Source: Erysipelothrix inopinata (GTDB lineage: Bacteria; Bacillota_I; Bacilli_A; Erysipelotrichales; Erysipelotrichaceae). From it: a stretch of DNA of 32,000 bases. The number at the start of each line of letters is the position of its first letter. The first letter of the stretch is position 1. Shown here piece after piece: positions 25,627 to 32,000 of the stretch. The DNA lies in contig NZ_CP060715.1 in assembly GCF_014396165.1 (NCBI RefSeq), forward strand, positions 1,440,001 to 1,472,000, given 5' to 3'. The notes under the pieces were generated by a model that made no database searches, was not told the origin of the DNA, and worked only from the letters and a program-made list of their open reading frames with translations. The translations under genes and the position numbers were made by a program.

Positions 25627-25995
25627 ATGGAGCTTACTAATAGAGAACTAGAACTAGTTGAGTTCGGAAATTCCTTGAGAGGTGCTGAAGTATACTTTAG
25701 AGAAGATTGGGGTTGTTATTATTTTTCGTTATTAGGTAAAGCGTTTGGAATGTTAAATGACAACCGAATTACTCTGAAAGGGAACCCCAATAAAAATATA
25801 CAATTACGCCTCAAATATGAGGATATCACTCCGGGATATCACACTAATAAGGTTCATTGGAATACAGTTGTGATTGACAGTGATGTCTTAACCGTAGCAG
25901 ATATGAAAGAATTTATTTTAGAATCATATTCTTTGGTTTATGCAAAGCTTACGCGAAAAGACAAAGAGATTGTTGATGATATGCCACTACGTTAA
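25627..25995 (+). CDS. MmcQ/YjbR-family protein
   Basis: 122 aa. The segments WG..YFSLLGKAFGML...ITLKG and HTNKVHWNTVVID....ESYSLVY match the YjbR-family pattern as I recall it. RBS AGGAGG lies upstream. Confidence 0.7.
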   Translation: MELTNRELELVEFGNSLRGAEVYFREDWGCYYFSLLGKAFGMLNDNRITLKGNPNKNIQLRLKYEDITPGYHTNKVHWNTVVIDSDVLTVADMKEFILESYSLVYAKLTRKDKEIVDDMPLR

Positions 25996-26165
25996 TATGT
26001 ACCAACATAATTAATTGTTTATACCAATTCTGATATGTTAGTAAAATTTTTAAAGAAAAGTTAAATAATAGGTCAACTCTTGTTATAATTATAGTGTTAG
26101 ATACGGTAGCTGTTTTGACGTCATGGAGATGTTACAAAACGGGTGAAATTAGGTTTGTTAGGTGA

Positions 26166-27638
<1,473 letters not shown>

Positions 27639-27640
27639 AA

Positions 27641-27672
27641 AAGAAGAACATCCGAGAGGATGTTTTCTTTTG
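27641..27672 (+). terminator. Rho-independent terminator after the GH1 gene
   Basis: AACATCC-GAGA-GGATGTT core hairpin with extended flanking pairing and a T-rich 3' tail. Confidence 0.7.
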
Positions 27673-27710
27673 AGAAAATAACTAAAATTACAATTCAAAA
27701 GTACAGAATT

Positions 27711-27831
27711 TTGACATATTCACAATATGATAACGATATTCACTATCAACTAAAAAATATATTAAAAATAAGATGAAAGTATTCTCAAAGATATTGTCAC
27801 ATGGTTGATAAGGCTTTACTATCAATATAGT
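27711..27831 (+). promoter_or_regulatory. feoAB control region: two candidate promoters, a Fur-like box and a TTGATA-N9-TATCAA palindrome
   Basis: Distal TTGACA (27711-27716). TGATAACGATATTCA (27728-27742) matches the 7-1-7 Fur motif TGATAATNATTATCA at 11 of 14 defined positions. Proximal promoter: TTGTCA (27794-27799), 17 nt, TACTAT (27817-27822). The palindrome at 27805-27825 overlaps that -10. Confidence 0.4.
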
Positions 27832-27855
27832 AAGGGAAGCCTAATTGGAGGGAAT

Positions 27856-28092
27856 ATGAAATTATCAGAAGTCAAAGTTGGGAATAAAGCAATTATCGAG
27901 CACATCGATATAGAAGAACATATGTTATTACGCTTACTAGATTTGGGGTTTATTAATGGGACTCTTGTAGAGGTGATTCAATCAAGTCCGTCTGGAAATC
28001 CTCGCGCCTATAAGGTTAGAAATACAATCTATGCGATTCGTCAATCTGAAGCACAGTGTATTGAGGTTTCGGAGGTGTTAGATCATGAATGA
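27856..28092 (+). CDS. feoA: Ferrous iron transport protein A
   Basis: 78-aa FeoA/SH3-like protein (KVGNKAIIEHID...LRLLDLGFINGTLVEVIQ). The ATG follows GGAGGG. The stop overlaps the feoB start (ATGAATGA). Confidence 0.85.
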   Translation: MKLSEVKVGNKAIIEHIDIEEHMLLRLLDLGFINGTLVEVIQSSPSGNPRAYKVRNTIYAIRQSEAQCIEVSEVLDHE

Positions 28093-29992
28093 GACAACGA
28101 TAGAAATTGTCAAGAAAAGTGAAAATGATAAGGTAATTGCTTTCGCAGGTAATCCTAACGTAGGAAAAAGTACGTTGTTTAATGTTTTAACAGGTATGCA
28201 TCAACATACAGGGAATTGGCCTGGTAAGACAGTTGAGTTAGCGCAAGGATATGCAACAAGTAAGAAAAATAGTTATGTTTTTGTTGATTTACCTGGAACG
28301 TATTCGCTTATGGCACACTCTCCAGAGGAAGAAGTAGCACGCGATTTCATCATTTCTGAAGAAGCATCGGCTACCGTCGTTGTTTGTGATGCAACAGCTT
28401 TAGAAAGAAACCTAAATTTGGTTCTACAAATTATGATGTTGACGCCTCGCGTTGTTGTTTGTGTAAACTTACTAGATGAAGCGCAACGTAAGAAAATTAA
28501 TATTGATATTGAAGAACTTGAACAAAAACTGGGCGTTCCAGTCGTTGCGACATCAGCAACTCATGAAAAAGGTATTGATGAACTTTTAGAAAAAATTGAT
28601 ATTGTAACTCAAACTGATTATGTAGCCGGTAGACAAATGTTGGAGAAACTCGATAAGATCACGAAAGAACCAGATGAAAAACGACGTATCGAACTTATCA
28701 TTGGTCGTGCTGCAGCAACGGCATTTCAAGTAACAACTTATGATAATGAAAATTTTGATGCCCGAGATAGAAAGTTAGATAAACTTTTTACCAGTCGATT
28801 AACTGGAATTCCAATCATGATTTTACTTCTCTTTCTTGTATTCTGGTTAACAATTGAAGGAGCCAATGTTCCTTCTGAGATGCTTGCAAAAGTACTTTTC
28901 TCATTTCAAGATGTTTTGAATGATATTGCGACATGGATGCATTGGCCTGCATGGCTACAGGGTGCTTTAATTGATGGGGTATATAAAGTAGTTGCATGGG
29001 TGATTTCGGTAATGCTCCCACCTATGGCAATATTCTTTCCGCTTTTTACGCTCCTAGAAGATTTCGGTTATTTACCTCGTGTGGCTTTTAATCTTGACAA
29101 TGCTTTCCAAAAATCAGGAGCTTGTGGAAAACAGGCACTTAGTATGTGTATGGGATTTGGTTGTAATGCAGCAGGAGTAACAGGGGCGAGAATTATTGAT
29201 TCACCTCGAGAACGTTTAATCGCTATCATCACAAATAACTTTGTTCCCTGTAATGGCCGTTTCCCAATTCTTATTACGATTATAACGTTATTTTTTGTAG
29301 GAAATAAAAATTATATAGGAAATTCACTGGTCGCTGCACTCATACTTACGGGAACAATTCTTTTGGGTGTTATGATGACCATGTTGATGTCGAAGATATT
29401 ATCGAAGACAATTCTATCAGGAATGCCGTCATCTTTTACACTGGAATTACCACCATATCGTAAACCAAGAATTGGCCAAGTTTTGATTCGTTCAATTCTT
29501 GATCGTACTATTTTTGTTTTAGGACGTGCCATTAAAGTATCTGCGCCAGTTGGTCTTCTAATTTGGATTTTAGCTAATGTCACAATTGGCAATATGACTT
29601 TACTCGCACACATTACGACGTTCTTAGATCCTCTTGCAGCAATAATGGGATTAGATGGTGTCATTTTGATGGCATTTATTCTTGGATTACCTGCTAATGA
29701 AATTGTGATTCCTTGTATGTTGATGGGCTATCTCGCCACATCGTCAATTGTTGATTACGATTCATTAGGACAACTTAAAGTGCTATTGATCGATAATGGT
29801 TGGACGCTTTTGACTGCGATTAACGTCATGTTATTTACACTATTTCACTGGCCATGTGGTACAACACTTCTAACCATCAAAAAAGAAACGGGAAGTAGAA
29901 AATGGACCTGGGTATCATTTTGGGTTCCAACACTTATTGGAGTTATCTGTACGCTTACTACAACTGCAATTTGGAAATTATTTGGTTTGTGA
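28085..29992 (+). CDS. feoB: Ferrous iron transport protein B
   Basis: N-terminal G-domain with G1 GNPNVGKST and G3 DLPGTYS, followed by a large polytopic membrane domain containing the Gate-motif-like region FGCNAAG. Confidence 0.93.
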   Translation: MNETTIEIVKKSENDKVIAFAGNPNVGKSTLFNVLTGMHQHTGNWPGKTVELAQGYATSKKNSYVFVDLPGTYSLMAHSPEEEVARDFIISEEASATVVVCDATALERNLNLVLQIMMLTPRVVVCVNLLDEAQRKKINIDIEELEQKLGVPVVATSATHEKGIDELLEKIDIVTQTDYVAGRQMLEKLDKITKEPDEKRRIELIIGRAAATAFQVTTYDNENFDARDRKLDKLFTSRLTGIPIMILLLFLVFWLTIEGANVPSEMLAKVLFSFQDVLNDIATWMHWPAWLQGALIDGVYKVVAWVISVMLPPMAIFFPLFTLLEDFGYLPRVAFNLDNAFQKSGACGKQALSMCMGFGCNAAGVTGARIIDSPRERLIAIITNNFVPCNGRFPILITIITLFFVGNKNYIGNSLVAALILTGTILLGVMMTMLMSKILSKTILSGMPSSFTLELPPYRKPRIGQVLIRSILDRTIFVLGRAIKVSAPVGLLIWILANVTIGNMTLLAHITTFLDPLAAIMGLDGVILMAFILGLPANEIVIPCMLMGYLATSSIVDYDSLGQLKVLLIDNGWTLLTAINVMLFTLFHWPCGTTLLTIKKETGSRKWTWVSFWVPTLIGVICTLTTTAIWKLFGL

Positions 29993-30000
29993 TTGTTTCT

Positions 30001-30027
30001 AAGATTCCAAAATTTGGAATCTTTTTT
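30001..30027 (+). terminator. Rho-independent terminator after feoB
   Basis: AAGATTCC...GGAATCTT hairpin followed by TTTTT. Confidence 0.8.
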
Positions 30028-30037
30028 AGTACATAAG

Positions 30038-30066
30038 TTGACAAGCAATAATTACAAGAGTATCCT
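30038..30066 (+). promoter_or_regulatory. Candidate sigma-A promoter of the ABC exporter gene
   Basis: TTGACA (30038-30043), 17-nt spacer, TATCCT (30061-30066). Confidence 0.5.
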
Positions 30067-30102
30067 AGTGGTTGTAAATAGAACTACTAGGAGTTATTGA
30101 GT

Positions 30103-31827
30103 ATGAAACAAACTAAAACAAAAAAATATTTAATGGAATATCTCTTGAAATTCCGTTTTGATACAGTTGTCACCATTGGTATTTTTTCATTAATTGCAAT
30201 TGCGCAATTTTTGATACCATTGGTAACACAACGCATTATTGATGTTGTGATTCCGAATCATGATATGAATCAATTGTTACTTCAATTAATGTATCTTTTA
30301 GGTCTTACAGTCCTTATTGGAGGTCTAACCTACTTCTCAACCATCTTAATCAATAAGATTAGTCAATCTACGATTTCACAGTTAAGAAATGATTTATACA
30401 GTCATATTTTGGAACTGGATTATCGATATTTTGAAGACCATAAAACAGGAGATACATTAGAGCGAATCAATAGTGACATATCTGTGATTCAAAGTCTCAT
30501 ATCCCCAAATACTTTCTCTATATTTGGAAGCCTCATTACGTTTATTTGGATAATAGGGTACATGTTGATTGTGGATTGGAAATTAATGTTAATTCTATCA
30601 GTTACATTTCCAATATTATTTTTCATCAATCGTTATTTCAGTAAAAGAGTCAAACAAGCTTATCGAGTCGTGAGAACCACGTCTTCGAAAATTAATTCTC
30701 ACTTACAAACCACGCTCACTTTGATTCCGTTGATCAAAGTATCTCATACGGAGCGTTATGAAAATCGAAGATTTGAAAAATTAACCAAATTAAATAACGA
30801 AGCGAATGATAAAGCAACACAAGTCCAGGCAGCTTATGGGCCAACAGTAAGTCTTCTAGATACTGTTGGAACAATGATTGTCTTAGGTTACGGCGCATTT
30901 ATGGTTATGTTGGGATCGATTACAATCGGGAGTGTCGTAACTTATTTATCCTATCTTGCGCTACTTCAAAAACCAATGAAATCATTTAGTTCGATGGTGA
31001 ATCGATTCCAACAAGCATCAGTATCTCTAGAGCGTATTGATGAAGTATTTGACACTGAACCATCAATATGTGATGGTTATGAAAGTATTCGTATCAACTA
31101 CATTAAAAGTGTCGAGTTTAAGAATGTATCTTTTAACTATGAACCTCAGTTAACGGTATTAGATAAATTGTCATTTAAAGTTGAACAGAATCGAAAGTTT
31201 GCGATAGTCGGAGAATCAGGATCTGGGAAAACGACAATTACGAAACTACTGACAAGACTCTACGATACCGAAGTGGGAGAAATTTTCTTTAATGGTATTA
31301 ACATTAAAGAAATACATCGAGACAGTCTACTTGATCAAATCGGTGTTGTAAGTCAAGATGGTAATGTTATTGATGGAACTATTTATCAAAATATTACGTA
31401 TGGATGTTATAATTATCATGATGAAGATGTCTATAGAGCAATGAAGCTTGCGAATATTGATGATTTCGTGAGTGGTTTACCCTTAGGTTTAGATACTGAA
31501 GTAGGAGAACGTGGTTTGAAGTTATCGGGTGGTCAGAAACAACGTCTTGCTATCGCTCGCATGTTCCTTAAGGATGCGCCGCTTATCATACTGGATGAGG
31601 CTACAGCATCATTGGATAGTTATAATGAATCGGTAATTCAGGCTTCATTGGAAACACTGATGTCTAAAAAAACATGTATTGTCATTGCCCACCGACTCTC
31701 GACCATTGTTGATGCTGATCAGATATTAGTCCTCGATAAGGGCCACAAGATTGCGATGGGAAACCACGAAACACTATTAGAACACTCGCCGGAATATCGT
31801 GCAATGTTCACTGCTCAATTTAAATAG
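30103..31827 (+). CDS. ABC transporter, fused permease/ATP-binding protein (MsbA/MdlB-type exporter half-transporter)
   Basis: N-terminal 6-TM exporter domain. Walker A GESGSGKTT, signature LSGGQKQR, Walker B LIILDEATASLD, H-loop IAHRLST. The ATG at 30103 lies 9 nt after AGGAG. Confidence 0.9.
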   Translation: MKQTKTKKYLMEYLLKFRFDTVVTIGIFSLIAIAQFLIPLVTQRIIDVVIPNHDMNQLLLQLMYLLGLTVLIGGLTYFSTILINKISQSTISQLRNDLYSHILELDYRYFEDHKTGDTLERINSDISVIQSLISPNTFSIFGSLITFIWIIGYMLIVDWKLMLILSVTFPILFFINRYFSKRVKQAYRVVRTTSSKINSHLQTTLTLIPLIKVSHTERYENRRFEKLTKLNNEANDKATQVQAAYGPTVSLLDTVGTMIVLGYGAFMVMLGSITIGSVVTYLSYLALLQKPMKSFSSMVNRFQQASVSLERIDEVFDTEPSICDGYESIRINYIKSVEFKNVSFNYEPQLTVLDKLSFKVEQNRKFAIVGESGSGKTTITKLLTRLYDTEVGEIFFNGINIKEIHRDSLLDQIGVVSQDGNVIDGTIYQNITYGCYNYHDEDVYRAMKLANIDDFVSGLPLGLDTEVGERGLKLSGGQKQRLAIARMFLKDAPLIILDEATASLDSYNESVIQASLETLMSKKTCIVIAHRLSTIVDADQILVLDKGHKIAMGNHETLLEHSPEYRAMFTAQFK

Positions 31828-31837
31828 GAGAAATATT

Positions 31838-32000
31838 ATGTTAGAACATTTAAAAAGCCTTGGATTAACAGAAACGGAGGCGCGTTGTTATTTGTGTTTG
31901 TACGAAAATGGCGAGCAATCAGGTTATGAAGTCGCTAAAAACCTTGGAATTTCGCGATCAAATGTTTATGCTTCGTTAGCATCCCTCCATCAAAAAGGAA
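31838..32000 (+). CDS. TrmB-like winged-helix transcriptional regulator, N-terminal fragment (3' end lies outside the window)
   Basis: Hand translation from the ATG at 31838 (RBS AGGAG 7 nt upstream) gives MLEHLKSLGLTETEARCYLCLYENGEQSGYEVAKNLGISRSNVYASLASLHQKG. This is a TrmB-type HTH pattern. The frame is open to the window end, so it is absent from the ORF track. Confidence 0.6.
   Translation, partial: MLEHLKSLGLTETEARCYLCLYENGEQSGYEVAKNLGISRSNVYASLASLHQKG

Noticed and set aside
27660-27776. 38-aa ORF (MFSFEKITKITIQKYRILTYSQYDNDIHYQLKNILKIR) in the GH1-feoA intergenic region
   Set aside because: Its ATG lies inside the terminator hairpin of the GH1 gene with no properly spaced RBS. The sequence is low-complexity and AT-driven, and it covers the predicted feo promoter and operator motifs.

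Overview
AT-rich (mid-30s % GC by eye) chromosomal segment from a low-GC Gram-positive bacterium (Bacillota: LPXTG sorting signal, lipobox lipoprotein, GGAGG-type RBSs, PRD/PTS regulation). I cannot place it more precisely without a search. About 29 genes, mostly ordinary metabolism and transport. In order: 3' end of gpmI; an iron-siderophore/heme ABC importer (IsdG-like ABM protein, two permeases, ATPase, lipoprotein); a MupG-like DUF871 protein with a MurR/RpiR regulator; a frameshifted CBS-domain family II pyrophosphatase; a minus-strand gpmA, gnd-zwf block; a nitroreductase; a TetR regulator with an alpha/beta hydrolase; a 1925-aa LPXTG surface protein holding a long near-identical tandem repeat array; a tightly packed aldolase, PRD activator and fructose-family PTS IIA/IIB/IIC unit; a YjbR/MmcQ protein; a GH1 6-phospho-beta-glucosidase; feoAB; an ABC exporter; and the start of a TrmB-like regulator. 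I found no rRNA, tRNA, CRISPR array, transposase, integrase, phage gene or recognisable defence or toxin-antitoxin module. I did not find a convincing wholly new system. The best candidate for undescribed biology is the kinase-less aldolase + PTS unit (21.1-25.6 kb). Next are the giant adhesin with its 426-bp and 852-bp higher-order repeat structure, the disrupted cbs-PPase, and several operator-like palindromes near the iron-uptake, TetR and PTS promoters. All functional calls rest on motif recognition by eye, not on database searches.
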